A stretch of 64,000 bases of DNA, from contig CANFGT010000008.1 in assembly GCA_947446815.1 (NCBI GenBank), positions 44,160 through 108,159 on the forward strand. The letters run 5' to 3'. The notes beneath the pieces were generated by a model. It did not search any database, was not told where the DNA came from, and saw only the letters and a program-made list of their open reading frames with translations. Below, piece by piece: positions 1-8,576 of the stretch. The stretch's first letter is position 1, and each line of letters starts with the position of its first letter. A program made the translations under genes and the position numbers. The DNA is from Acidimicrobiaceae bacterium (lineage in GTDB: Bacteria > Actinomycetota > Acidimicrobiia > Acidimicrobiales > Ilumatobacteraceae).

Positions 1-572
1 GATTTTGTCAAAGTAATAATTGCTGCTTTCGCAACGGAATAATGCGGAGCGCCGGACGACGGGTAAAGACCTAGGACCGACGACATATTGATGATGCGGC
101 CCGAACGTTGTGGTTGCATGTGCCGTAGAGCAGCGCGGCATCCGTAGAAACTGCCATACAGATGAATCTTTATCATTCGGTCCCATGCCTCGTCACTGAG
201 GTCAAGAAGAAAGTCGAGCGGTTCAAGCTCTGAAATCTTTCCTTCCATCCGTTTCATGGAATTCGCCATCATGCGGTCGGTCTTTTTTGCGGCATCAGCC
301 GGTGCAATGCCGGCATTATTCACCATGATGTCAATTCGTCCCAATTGAGAGATGCAGGAATCAACGGCTACATCGAAGGCTTGGGAGTCAACAACATCAA
401 ACGGAAGAGCGATGCCTCCGACTTCGTCAGCAATTGCTTGTGCAGCGGACTCATTGAGGTCGTTGACGGCAATAATCGCGCCATCCCTTGCCAGTCTGCG
501 AGCCGTTTCGGCTCCTAGGCCTGAACCTGCCCCGGTGATGAATGCAACTTGATCCTGTAATGGCAACGTCAT
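1..572 (-). CDS. short-chain dehydrogenase/reductase (FabG-like); 3' end runs off the window
   Basis: Minus-strand translation from ATG at 572 gives MTLPLQDQVAFITGAGSGLGAETARRLARDGA (TGxxxGxG Rossmann motif). YSVAKAA (YxxxK) follows further on. No stop occurs before position 1. Confidence 0.8.
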   Translation of the reverse strand, partial: MTLPLQDQVAFITGAGSGLGAETARRLARDGAIIAVNDLNESAAQAIADEVGGIALPFDVVDSQAFDVAVDSCISQLGRIDIMVNNAGIAPADAAKKTDRMMANSMKRMEGKISELEPLDFLLDLSDEAWDRMIKIHLYGSFYGCRAALRHMQPQRSGRIINMSSVLGLYPSSGAPHYSVAKAAIITLTK

Positions 573-628
573 GTTGGAACACTATTCCTTCCCTCGGGTC
601 AGTATGTGACTCGGACTACCATCACCAT

Positions 629-1192
629 GTGCGTTTGCGTTCGGTCTTCACTATTCCCAACATCATTACGTTGGTGCGTATTGCGTTGCTGCCGATGTTT
701 GTCTCTTTGATGTCAGATGGACGTGTTGTTGCAGGTTCTTGGTTCTTTGGTTTACTGGCATTCACAGACTGGATTGATGGATACATCGCTCGACGTTTCA
801 ACCAGGTCAGTGAGTTCGGAAAAATCTTGGACCCGATTGCGGATCGTTTGATTTTCTTTGTGGGTATTGGGACTGTGATGTATTTCCATCACTTTCCGGT
901 GTGGCTTGGTGTCATCATTCTCGTGCGTGAAGTCTCGATTGCGATCCTGATGGTGGGGGCAACTGCCATGGGAATGGAGCGTTTCCCTGTGACGGCATCA
1001 GGAAAGAAAGCAGCATTTGGGTTGATGTGTGCAATTCCCTGGATCACCCTTGGCTCTGTCGGAGGTTGGTGGACTCCAATTGGCGTTGCAGGATGGCTAG
1101 CGGTAGTTCCCGCAGTGGCCTTTTCCTATGTTTCTTTTGTGGACTATCTGCCTCAGGTTCGAGCCAACATGTCGTCGGGGCGTAGGGCGTAG
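629..1192 (+). CDS. CDP-alcohol phosphatidyltransferase (PgsA2 / actinobacterial cardiolipin-synthase type)
   Basis: Motif DWIDGYIARRFNQVSEFGKILDPIADRL (D-G-x2-A-R...G-x3-D-x3-D) plus multiple TM segments. The ORF opens at 542. GTG 629 is preferred because 542-572 would overlap the divergent SDR start. Start uncertain. Confidence 0.8.
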   Translation: MRLRSVFTIPNIITLVRIALLPMFVSLMSDGRVVAGSWFFGLLAFTDWIDGYIARRFNQVSEFGKILDPIADRLIFFVGIGTVMYFHHFPVWLGVIILVREVSIAILMVGATAMGMERFPVTASGKKAAFGLMCAIPWITLGSVGGWWTPIGVAGWLAVVPAVAFSYVSFVDYLPQVRANMSSGRRA

Positions 1193-1209
1193 CGAGTACC
1201 GTTGGGAAT

Positions 1210-1587
1210 GTGAACGTTCCTTCAACTCTTCGATACACCAAGGACCACGAGTGGGTTCTAGTCACTGGAACCACAGTGCGAGTCGGAATCACTGATTACG
1301 CTCAGGACGCACTCGGTGACATCGTATTTATTCAGTTGCCAGACGTTGGGTCATCGCTCGATGCGCATCAAGGGCTTGGAGAAATTGAGAGCACGAAAAG
1401 CGTGAACGATGTGTATGCGCCCGTTTCAGGAACTGTGACTGTTGTCAATACGGCACTGCTCGACAATCCGGAACTTTTGAATACTGATCCATACGGAACT
1501 GGCTGGATTTGTGAGTTAGAGGTTTCGCAGATTGATGAATCCGGTCTGTTGTCTTCCGAGGAGTATGCAGCACTGATTGGTGCCTAA
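1210..1587 (+). CDS. gcvH: glycine cleavage system H protein
   Basis: YTKDHEWV...GITDYAQDALGDIVF...GEIESTKSVNDVYAPVSG carries the lipoyl-lysine motif. GTG start. Confidence 0.9.
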   Translation: MNVPSTLRYTKDHEWVLVTGTTVRVGITDYAQDALGDIVFIQLPDVGSSLDAHQGLGEIESTKSVNDVYAPVSGTVTVVNTALLDNPELLNTDPYGTGWICELEVSQIDESGLLSSEEYAALIGA

Positions 1588-1591
1588 ATAC

Positions 1592-2083
1592 ATGACGTAC
1601 GTATTCTGCAATCGCTGCGGGCATCGCAACCCGCCCACATCGGCCTTCTGCTCGGCTTGTGGTGCAGTGCTTGATCTCGTTGATGATCGCACCATCACTC
1701 TGTCCAAAGTTGATCCGCTAATGGATGGTGCAGGTCCACAAGATGACACAACGGTGAACCTCGACGAAATCGAAACAGGAACAGCTTTGTTGGTGGTCCG
1801 TGGTGGGGAGGAAGAGGGAGAATATTTCGTTCTCTCTGGCGAAGTGACATCACTTGGTCGTCATGCAGACTCCGATATTGCACTAGATGACATCACGGTG
1901 TCGCGTCGACATAGCGAAATCCATCGGTCGGGCAGCACGTACATTGTGCGCGATGCGGGATCTTTGAACGGAACGTACGTCAATCAACAGCGCATTGATG
2001 TGGTTGAGTTGAAGCAAGGTGACGAATTGCAAGTGGGGAAGTACCGCCTTGTGTTTCTGGAGAGCGCGGATGAAGCGTCATGA
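1592..2083 (+). CDS. FHA-domain protein (GarA/OdhI-like) with N-terminal zinc ribbon
   Basis: N-terminus CNRCGHRNPPTSAFCSACG (CxxC...CxxC). A TT-containing linker (QDDTTVNLDEI) follows. C-terminal FHA signature: SLGRHADSDIALDDITVSRRHSEI...DAGSLNGTYVN. The ATG at 1592 lies 4 nt after the gcvH stop. Confidence 0.85.
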   Translation: MTYVFCNRCGHRNPPTSAFCSACGAVLDLVDDRTITLSKVDPLMDGAGPQDDTTVNLDEIETGTALLVVRGGEEEGEYFVLSGEVTSLGRHADSDIALDDITVSRRHSEIHRSGSTYIVRDAGSLNGTYVNQQRIDVVELKQGDELQVGKYRLVFLESADEAS

Positions 2084-2922
2084 ACGACCGCGATTTTCTC
2101 AGTATTGGTGAAGTGCTTGCTCAGCTTCTTGAAGAATTTCCAGATGTAACTATTTCGAAGATTCGCTTCCTGGAAAGCCAAGGGTTGATAGAGCCTGAAC
2201 GTACTCCGTCTGGCTATCGGAAGTTCACAGTGTCGGAAGTTGAACGTTTGCGTTTTATTCTCCGTGAACAGCGAACTAATTATCTTCCGTTGCGAATAAT
2301 CAAAGACAAACTAGATGACGATACGTCTGACATCAGCCGCGATATCAGTCGCGACATCATGATGCCTGTGGAATATGTCGCAACAAGCGGGCATCCGGCG
2401 ACTCGAACTTCTGTGCCGCGTCCTCGTGACAACTCCGCGTTACAGAGGACTCCATCTGGTGTAGTTGAGCAAGATCCAATTGTTCCGGAGACTCTGCTCC
2501 GGGAGAAGCGTCGAGAAGCCATCGCGCATGTGGACAAGACCGAATCAATTCCTCGCGACCAAGTACTGCATCAGTTTCACATTGATCCAGATTTCTTGAA
2601 AGAACTGGAGTCTGCAGGTCTGATTTCGGGACACGATGTTGGGGACACAACGTTCTTTGATTCTTTTTCAATTTCTATTGCAAAAACTGCTGCTCGCTTC
2701 CAAGAAATGGGTATTGATATCCGCCACCTCCGCGCATGGAAGACATCGGCCGACAGAGAAGTGAGCTTGTTCGAACAGCGAATACTGCCATTTCTTCGAC
2801 AACGCAATCCTGTGGCACGCGAGGAAGCACTTCGAATGCTCGCTGAATTTATGGATTTAGGCGGCGAACTACGCGCCGCACTCATTCAGCGCGACATTCT
2901 GCGATTGACAGAACAGAGATAA
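2080..2922 (+). CDS. MerR-family transcriptional regulator (FtsR / Rv1828-like)
   Basis: N-terminal HTH LSIGEVLAQL...ISKIRFLESQGLIEPERTPSGYRKFTVSEVERLRFIL. Start overlaps the FHA stop (ATGA). Its position after garA-like matches the actinobacterial synteny. Confidence 0.8.
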   Translation: MNDRDFLSIGEVLAQLLEEFPDVTISKIRFLESQGLIEPERTPSGYRKFTVSEVERLRFILREQRTNYLPLRIIKDKLDDDTSDISRDISRDIMMPVEYVATSGHPATRTSVPRPRDNSALQRTPSGVVEQDPIVPETLLREKRREAIAHVDKTESIPRDQVLHQFHIDPDFLKELESAGLISGHDVGDTTFFDSFSISIAKTAARFQEMGIDIRHLRAWKTSADREVSLFEQRILPFLRQRNPVAREEALRMLAEFMDLGGELRAALIQRDILRLTEQR

Positions 2923-2924
2923 TT

Positions 2925-3413
2925 GTGAAGCCTCTGTCTGTACGCGGTGTGCGAATCGATCGCATGGCTGGCACGCCCGTTGTCACTCTCCGAGAAGAAG
3001 ACTCGCCGCGACGCCAATTTGAGATTTACATCGGGGCACCGGAAGCTGCTTCCATCAAATCTGCGTTAGACGATGAAAAGACTCCACGGCCACTTACTCA
3101 CGAATTGATTGTCAATGTCTTGGATGAGTTGTCAGTCACTTTAGTGCGTGTCGTGCTGACTCGAGTCTCCGCAGGAACGTATTTTGCAGAGCTCGTGATG
3201 GAAGGCGAGAACGGCGACGAATCAAGAGTTTCTTCTCGTCCATCAGATGCCATTGCTATTGCCCTTCGGGCCTCGTGTCCGATATTTGCCAGTGAAGAGT
3301 TGCTGGATATGGTCGGTGAGGCTGTCGCAGAGGACGAAAATCCTCCTAATGACGAAATAATCGATGAATTTCGTGATTTCATCGAAAATATCTCCCCGGA
3401 AGATTTTCAATAA
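2925..3413 (+). CDS. bifunctional nuclease (BFN/DUF151) family protein
   Basis: VVTLREEDSPRRQFEIYIGAPEAASI...RPLTHELIVNVL...YFAELVM...VSSRPSDAIAIALR resembles DUF151. Acidic C-terminal tail. GTG start 2 nt after the MerR stop. Confidence 0.75.
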   Translation: MKPLSVRGVRIDRMAGTPVVTLREEDSPRRQFEIYIGAPEAASIKSALDDEKTPRPLTHELIVNVLDELSVTLVRVVLTRVSAGTYFAELVMEGENGDESRVSSRPSDAIAIALRASCPIFASEELLDMVGEAVAEDENPPNDEIIDEFRDFIENISPEDFQ

Positions 3414-3420
3414 TCACCCC

Positions 3421-3450
3421 TTGACGATTGCTCGTCTGCGCCCCTAGCGT
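3421..3450 (+). promoter_or_regulatory. candidate sigma-70-type promoter for the second MerR gene (TTGACG-N18-TAGCGT)
   Basis: TTGACG at 3421-3426 and TAGCGT at 3445-3450 sit in the 99-nt gap upstream of the ATG at 3513. Identified by eye only. Confidence 0.25.
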
Positions 3451-3512
3451 CTTACAACCGCGTAGTTACCAACTTGTCGTTGTGCTCGCGCCACCAGAAC
3501 GGGACATTTTTT

Positions 3513-3986
3513 ATGCAGACATTTAGCGGAACTCAGGCTGCTGAGATTGTGGGTATCACTTATCGCCGTCTTGATTATTGGGCACGGACAGACTTGGTTC
3601 GTCCCTCAGGTGCGGATGCTTCAGGCAGCGGAAGTCGTCGGTTGTACACGTACCGCGACCTTCTTGAATTAAAGGTCATCAAGAAGTTGCTTGATGCCGG
3701 TATCCGTCTCGAGTCGATTCGTGACGTGTTCTCTTATATGCGCGAACATGTTGACACCGATATCTCTGCCGCACATATTGTGATTGACGGCGGAAGCGTC
3801 GTCCTGTGTGACGGCGATGAATTAATTGACGTCTTGCGTCACGGTCAAGGTGTGTTGAATGTGCTGCCGATGTCTGGTGTTCGTGATGAAGTCGATCGTC
3901 AAATCATCACGTTCCGTCCTGAGCCAATGCCCATCGTGGCAGTAGAGCTCGGGGATGAAGGCAGCACCACTGTCGTCGCCGTATGA
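3513..3986 (+). CDS. MerR-family transcriptional regulator (Rv1830-like)
   Basis: FSGTQAAEIVGITYRRLDYWARTDLVRPS...RRLYTYRDLLELKVIKKLLDAGIRLESIR. The ORF opens at 3474. ATG 3513 is preferred. Confidence 0.8.
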   Translation: MQTFSGTQAAEIVGITYRRLDYWARTDLVRPSGADASGSGSRRLYTYRDLLELKVIKKLLDAGIRLESIRDVFSYMREHVDTDISAAHIVIDGGSVVLCDGDELIDVLRHGQGVLNVLPMSGVRDEVDRQIITFRPEPMPIVAVELGDEGSTTVVAV

Positions 3987-5041
3987 CGATGAAGTTCTCT
4001 CCGCTTGATGCGCACCATCGTGCACTGAGCGCAAAGATGGTTCCTTTTGGTGGCTGGGCAATGCCTTTGGCATACGCCGACGGAACTCTTGCCGAACACG
4101 CTGCATGTCGCACCTCGGCAACCATGTTTGATGTCTCGCATCTCGGCACCGTTCGCGTTGAAGGCCCTGGTTCGCTGCAGAGATTGCAAGCTGTCCTCAC
4201 AAATGATCTTGGCAAGATTGGACCAGGTCGCGCACAGTACACACATCTCTTAAACGAAGAAGACGCATCTGTACTTGACGACATTATTGTCTGGTGGATC
4301 GAAGAAGACGTATTCGATGTCATGCCCAACGCTTCGAATACAGATCGAGTTGTTTCCGCCCTTGGTGGCGTCGACACAACGGCCACACGTGCGGTGATTG
4401 CAGTTCAAGGTCCGGATGCTCGTCGGATGATCGCTTCATTCTGTATCGATGCATCTGAAGTTCCGCGGTTCAATGTTCGTCGTATTGAAGTGTGCGGACA
4501 TCCTTGTGTTGTAGCGGGTACTGGTTACACAGGTGAAGACGGAATTGAAATTGCTGTCCCCATTGATGGCGCAGCAGATGTCTGGAATGCGCTATTGCAA
4601 GCAGGAGTGACGCCAGCTGGGCTTGGTGCACGAGACACATTGCGTCTAGAGGCAGCGTTACCCTTGCATGGTCATGAGTTGGGTGAAGGAATCACCTCTT
4701 TGCAAGCTGGCCTCGAGTGGGTGGTGGCATGGAACAAGAACGGATTCCGTGGTCGCACTGCATTGGAGGCCGAGAAGGCTCGCGGTATCGCGCGGCGCCT
4801 GATAGGTATCTCCATCGACGGACGTCGGCCCGCGCGTGATGGTTCAACTATTGTTGATGCCGAAGGTGCCGAGGTTGGCTTTGTCAGCAGTGGAAACTTC
4901 TCGCCAACTTTGGGGCACTGTGTCGCACTCGCGTTTGTGTCGCCTTCGGTTTCCGTCGGAGACAAGGTTCAGCTAGACGTTCGCGGAACAAAGATTCCCG
5001 GAACAGTCGTTACGACTCCATTTGTGGAGAAGAAGAAGTAG
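3983..5041 (+). CDS. gcvT: glycine cleavage system aminomethyltransferase T
   Basis: SPLDAHHRALSAKMVPFGGWAMPLAY...ACRTSATMFDVSHLG...IAVQGPDA...TGYTGEDGIEI...GARDTLRLEAALPLHGHEL. The ATG overlaps the upstream MerR stop (ATGA). Confidence 0.9.
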   Translation: MTMKFSPLDAHHRALSAKMVPFGGWAMPLAYADGTLAEHAACRTSATMFDVSHLGTVRVEGPGSLQRLQAVLTNDLGKIGPGRAQYTHLLNEEDASVLDDIIVWWIEEDVFDVMPNASNTDRVVSALGGVDTTATRAVIAVQGPDARRMIASFCIDASEVPRFNVRRIEVCGHPCVVAGTGYTGEDGIEIAVPIDGAADVWNALLQAGVTPAGLGARDTLRLEAALPLHGHELGEGITSLQAGLEWVVAWNKNGFRGRTALEAEKARGIARRLIGISIDGRRPARDGSTIVDAEGAEVGFVSSGNFSPTLGHCVALAFVSPSVSVGDKVQLDVRGTKIPGTVVTTPFVEKKK

Positions 5042-5459
5042 TCCCTCCGCTGGGCTTACCGGGGCGAAAGCCGAAAATTCCGCCTGCATTTTCTGCCAAG
5101 GTGGTGAGTGGTCCTAGTCGCTTCGATAAATCTGCTAATTGGGATGCAGCTTCGCCCATAGTGGCCATGGCGTTCATCGCATTTCCCAATTGCGGCATTA
5201 CCCGTTTCAGGGGCTCTTCAATGTCGTCCAGTAATGCATTGACTCGAGTTGTCGTCCGATTGAGGTTGTCGATCGTGGAAGCAAAGTTTTCCAACATTGT
5301 CACCAATGTCTCTGTGGTGCGACGAGTGGTGTCCACTGCTTTGCCAGCAAGTTCGATTGGGTCCACCATTGATAGAATTTGCAACAACTGTTCGAGTGGA
5401 TTCGTTGTCTGTTGATTCGATGTCGCTTGCGAAGCGTCTTGCGTGTTCTCTTCGGTCAC
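5010..5459 (-). CDS. hypothetical protein (predicted helical/coiled, T/N/L-rich)
   Basis: 149-aa ORF. Its GTG start overlaps the gcvP stop (GTGA at 5456-5459). Its 3' end overlaps the gcvT 3' end by 32 nt (convergent). No recognisable motif. Confidence 0.5.
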   Translation of the reverse strand: MTEENTQDASQATSNQQTTNPLEQLLQILSMVDPIELAGKAVDTTRRTTETLVTMLENFASTIDNLNRTTTRVNALLDDIEEPLKRVMPQLGNAMNAMATMGEAASQLADLSKRLGPLTTLAENAGGIFGFRPGKPSGGTTSSSPQMES

Positions 5460-8332
5460 GATCCCACGGTACTCGCATCTAGTGACATTGCGTAGGCCTC
5501 AATAGGTGCACACGTGCACACCAGGTTGCGATCTCCGTATGCCGCATCGATACGCGACACTGGCGCATGATAACCACGGGTGCGCAACTGTGGCACAGGG
5601 AAGAGTGCGTCTTCTCGAGAGTACGGATGATTCCATTCTCCAGCAATGTCTTCGATGGTATGGGGCGCATGTCGCAGGACAGAATCAGCGGCAGAAACCG
5701 AGTCGGATAACACCAGATCTAACTCGCGGCGGATGCCGAGCATGGCTTCACAAAACCGATTTATCTCCGCAAGCGATTCGCTTTCAGTTGGTTCCACCAT
5801 CAGGGTGTTCGCAACAGGAAAGCTCATCGTGGGCGCATGAAGCCCATAATCCATTAAGCGTTTCGCGATGTCGTCAATGGTGATGTCGGTTCCATGAATT
5901 ACATGACCAACATTGAGAATGCATTCGTGAGCCACGCTGCTGTTAGTGCCTCGGTAGAGAACCGGAAATACTTCGTCCAGACGCGCAGCCATGTAGTTAG
6001 CCGAAAGAATGGCATCAGCAGTTGCTTGGAGTAATCCATCTGCGCCCATCATCGTGATGTACACCCACGGTATGCACAGGATGCTGGCAGACCCGTACAT
6101 CGCAGCAGAAACAGGGCCGACGGGGGAGTCATTCTCAATCGGATTTCCTGGCAGGAATGGTGCAAGATGTGCACGTACGGCAACTGGACCGACGCCAGGA
6201 CCGCCACCACCGTGTGGAATACAGAATGTCTTATGCAGGTTCAGGTGGCTGACATCAGCTCCGAACTTGCCTGGCTGGGCAGTACCAACGAGCGCATTCA
6301 TGTTTGCGCCATCGACGTACACCTGTCCACCGTTGTCGTGAATGATCGCACAAATCTCTCCGATGGCTTCCTCAAAGACTCCGTGCGTCGATGGATAGGT
6401 CACCATCGTTGCAGCGAGCGATGCGCCCGCAGCTTCTGCTTGAGCCCGAAGATTGTCAACATCAATGTTTCCGTTTTCGTCACAAGCGACAACGACCACC
6501 TTCATTCCCGCCATCACAGCACTTGCTGCGTTTGTGCCATGGGCACTTGATGGGATCAGACAAATATCACGTTGCGTGTCACCACGGGAGTGGTGATACG
6601 CACGAATAGCCATGAGGCCTGCAAACTCTCCCTGACTGCCTGCATTCGGCTGCAAACTCACTGCGTCGTAACCCGTGATGGAGACAAGCATCTGCTCCAA
6701 CTCATCGATGACCATTCTCATGCCCACTGATTCATCGGCAGGAACAAATGGATGCAATGAAGAGAATTCAGGCCAAGTCACAGGCTCCATCTCGGTCGTT
6801 GAATTCAATTTCATAGTGCATGAACCCAAAGGAATCATGGTGCGATCAAGTGCGAGGTCTTTATCAGCGAGCGCGCGCAGGTAACGAAGCATCTCATGCT
6901 CTGTGTGATGGCGCTGAAAGACAGATTGTGTCATGTAGCTGTCAGCCCGAGCAGCGTTTGCAAAAGAAGTACCAGCTGCTTCGCTCAGCGTGGCACCAAA
7001 TGAAGAAAGAAGCGCAGATAACGATTCTTCATTTGTTGTCTCGTCAACGCTGAGAGAAATTGTTTGTGCATCAATTTTGCGCACATTGAAACCAGCAGCT
7101 CGTGTTGTGATTAATTGAGCTTCGACATCGGATACGGAAAATGCAACTGTGTCAAAGAATGAATCGGAAATAAGTGAAAACCCTGCAGATGTCAAAGATG
7201 TTGCGGCTCGTTGTGCATAAGAGTTGATACGTTGCGCTATCCGTTGCAGACCACTTGGACCATGCCACACGCCGTACATGCCGGCAATATTTGCAAGGAG
7301 AACCTGTGCTGTGCAGATATTCGATGTGGCCTTCTCTCGGCGGATGTGCTGCTCTCGTGTTTGCAAAGTGAGACGAAGGGCAGGCCGTCCCGCTGTATCT
7401 GTGCTGACACCGACGAGTCGTCCTGGCAGTGATCGGGCATGTTTATCAAGAGTTGCCATGAAGGCGGCATGTGGTCCTCCGAAACCCATCGGTACGCCGA
7501 AGCGCTGAGACGAACCGACAGCAATGTCGAACCCCAATTGACCTGGAGGAAGGATGAGTGTGCAGGCCATGAGATCAGTTGCGGCAATTGCTACGGCACT
7601 CGCTGCATGTGTTGCATCTGTCAAGGCGCGAATACTGGCAGGCGAGGGGAGTGCACCATTGCTTCCAGGCCACGACACAACAACAGCAAAAAATCCTTCA
7701 GGATTCATTTCGGCAACGGATGATTCGACGACAGTGATTCCGATGGGTTCCATACGTGTCCGAAGAACAGAAAGTGTCTGTGGGTGCGTGTTGGAATCAA
7801 CGAGCACAGAATCGGAACCTGACTTACTAATCCGATGAGCCATGGTGACAGCTTCCGCAACAGCGGTGGCTTCATCGAGTAGTGATGCATTAGCCAATGG
7901 AAGTCCCGTGAGTTCCGAGATCATTGTCTGGAAATTCAGAAGTGCTTCAAGGCGGCCTTGACTAATTTCGGGTTGGTACGGCGTGTACGCGGTGTACCAC
8001 GCCGGATTTTCAAGAACATTCCGCTTCACAACGGGGGGAGTAATAGTTCCGTAGTAGCCCTGGCCGATAAATGATGTCCGCTTTGCATCTCCGTCGAATT
8101 TTGCTCGCAACTTGTCGAGCACTTCATGCTCTGCAACAGAAGAGGACAATGCGAGACGCTCACGTAAACGAATTGCTGATGGAATGGTTGCGTCAAGAAG
8201 CGCTTCCACTGAATCAACGCCGATGACCCGCAACATCTCCGCACGATCATCTTCGGAAAGACCCAAGTGCCGAATAGCGAAATCGTCCGGAGTAAAACCA
8301 GGGGTAGTCAAGGACCGGGGGCTCGGGCTCAT
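5456..8332 (-). CDS. gcvP: glycine dehydrogenase (decarboxylating), P protein
   Basis: 958 aa counted from ATG 8332 (MSPSPRSLTTPGFTPDDFAIRHLG...). Conserved NPAWYTAYTPYQPEISQGRLEALLNFQ and the PLP-lysine region SHLNLHKTFCIPHGGGGPG. The longer ORF up to 8518 covers the riboswitch and is rejected. Confidence 0.9.
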   Translation of the reverse strand: MSPSPRSLTTPGFTPDDFAIRHLGLSEDDRAEMLRVIGVDSVEALLDATIPSAIRLRERLALSSSVAEHEVLDKLRAKFDGDAKRTSFIGQGYYGTITPPVVKRNVLENPAWYTAYTPYQPEISQGRLEALLNFQTMISELTGLPLANASLLDEATAVAEAVTMAHRISKSGSDSVLVDSNTHPQTLSVLRTRMEPIGITVVESSVAEMNPEGFFAVVVSWPGSNGALPSPASIRALTDATHAASAVAIAATDLMACTLILPPGQLGFDIAVGSSQRFGVPMGFGGPHAAFMATLDKHARSLPGRLVGVSTDTAGRPALRLTLQTREQHIRREKATSNICTAQVLLANIAGMYGVWHGPSGLQRIAQRINSYAQRAATSLTSAGFSLISDSFFDTVAFSVSDVEAQLITTRAAGFNVRKIDAQTISLSVDETTNEESLSALLSSFGATLSEAAGTSFANAARADSYMTQSVFQRHHTEHEMLRYLRALADKDLALDRTMIPLGSCTMKLNSTTEMEPVTWPEFSSLHPFVPADESVGMRMVIDELEQMLVSITGYDAVSLQPNAGSQGEFAGLMAIRAYHHSRGDTQRDICLIPSSAHGTNAASAVMAGMKVVVVACDENGNIDVDNLRAQAEAAGASLAATMVTYPSTHGVFEEAIGEICAIIHDNGGQVYVDGANMNALVGTAQPGKFGADVSHLNLHKTFCIPHGGGGPGVGPVAVRAHLAPFLPGNPIENDSPVGPVSAAMYGSASILCIPWVYITMMGADGLLQATADAILSANYMAARLDEVFPVLYRGTNSSVAHECILNVGHVIHGTDITIDDIAKRLMDYGLHAPTMSFPVANTLMVEPTESESLAEINRFCEAMLGIRRELDLVLSDSVSAADSVLRHAPHTIEDIAGEWNHPYSREDALFPVPQLRTRGYHAPVSRIDAAYGDRNLVCTCAPIEAYAMSLDASTVGS

Positions 8333-8354
8333 ATGTTCTCCGATGGAGTGTGGA

Positions 8355-8518
8355 CCCCCGCTGTCTTTGGTGCCTGAGAGCTTCACCACAAAGTGGCTTT
8401 CCCCGTCGGCGGCGGGCGAACCCACTCTTTCCAGCGTTCTGTATCTACCTGGTCCTTTTGCCTGAGAGATTCCGGGGCGGTTGCTCCTTCGGCGGTGCTG
8501 CAAAGCACGCTCTCCCAA
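8355..8518 (-). promoter_or_regulatory. tandem glycine riboswitch (two aptamers) in the gcvP leader
   Basis: Minus-strand read, aptamer 1: GGGAGAG...CACCGCCGAAGGAGCAACC...CUCUCAGGCAAAAGGACC. Aptamer 2: CUGGAAAGAG...GCCGCCGACGGGGAAAG...CUCUCAGGCACCAAAGACAGC. Both match the glycine aptamer cores, and gcvP is the canonical downstream gene. Confidence 0.85.
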
Positions 8519-8576
8519 GTAGATGTTTTCTCACACCGTAGTCGGTGGGGAAGCGTCAGTTGGATTCCGTCATGGG

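Noticed and set aside
8333-8518. 62-codon N-terminal extension of the gcvP ORF.
   Set aside because: It is the glycine riboswitch read as protein. P-protein homology begins at MSPSPRSL (ATG 8332), which has its own GGAG Shine-Dalgarno sequence.
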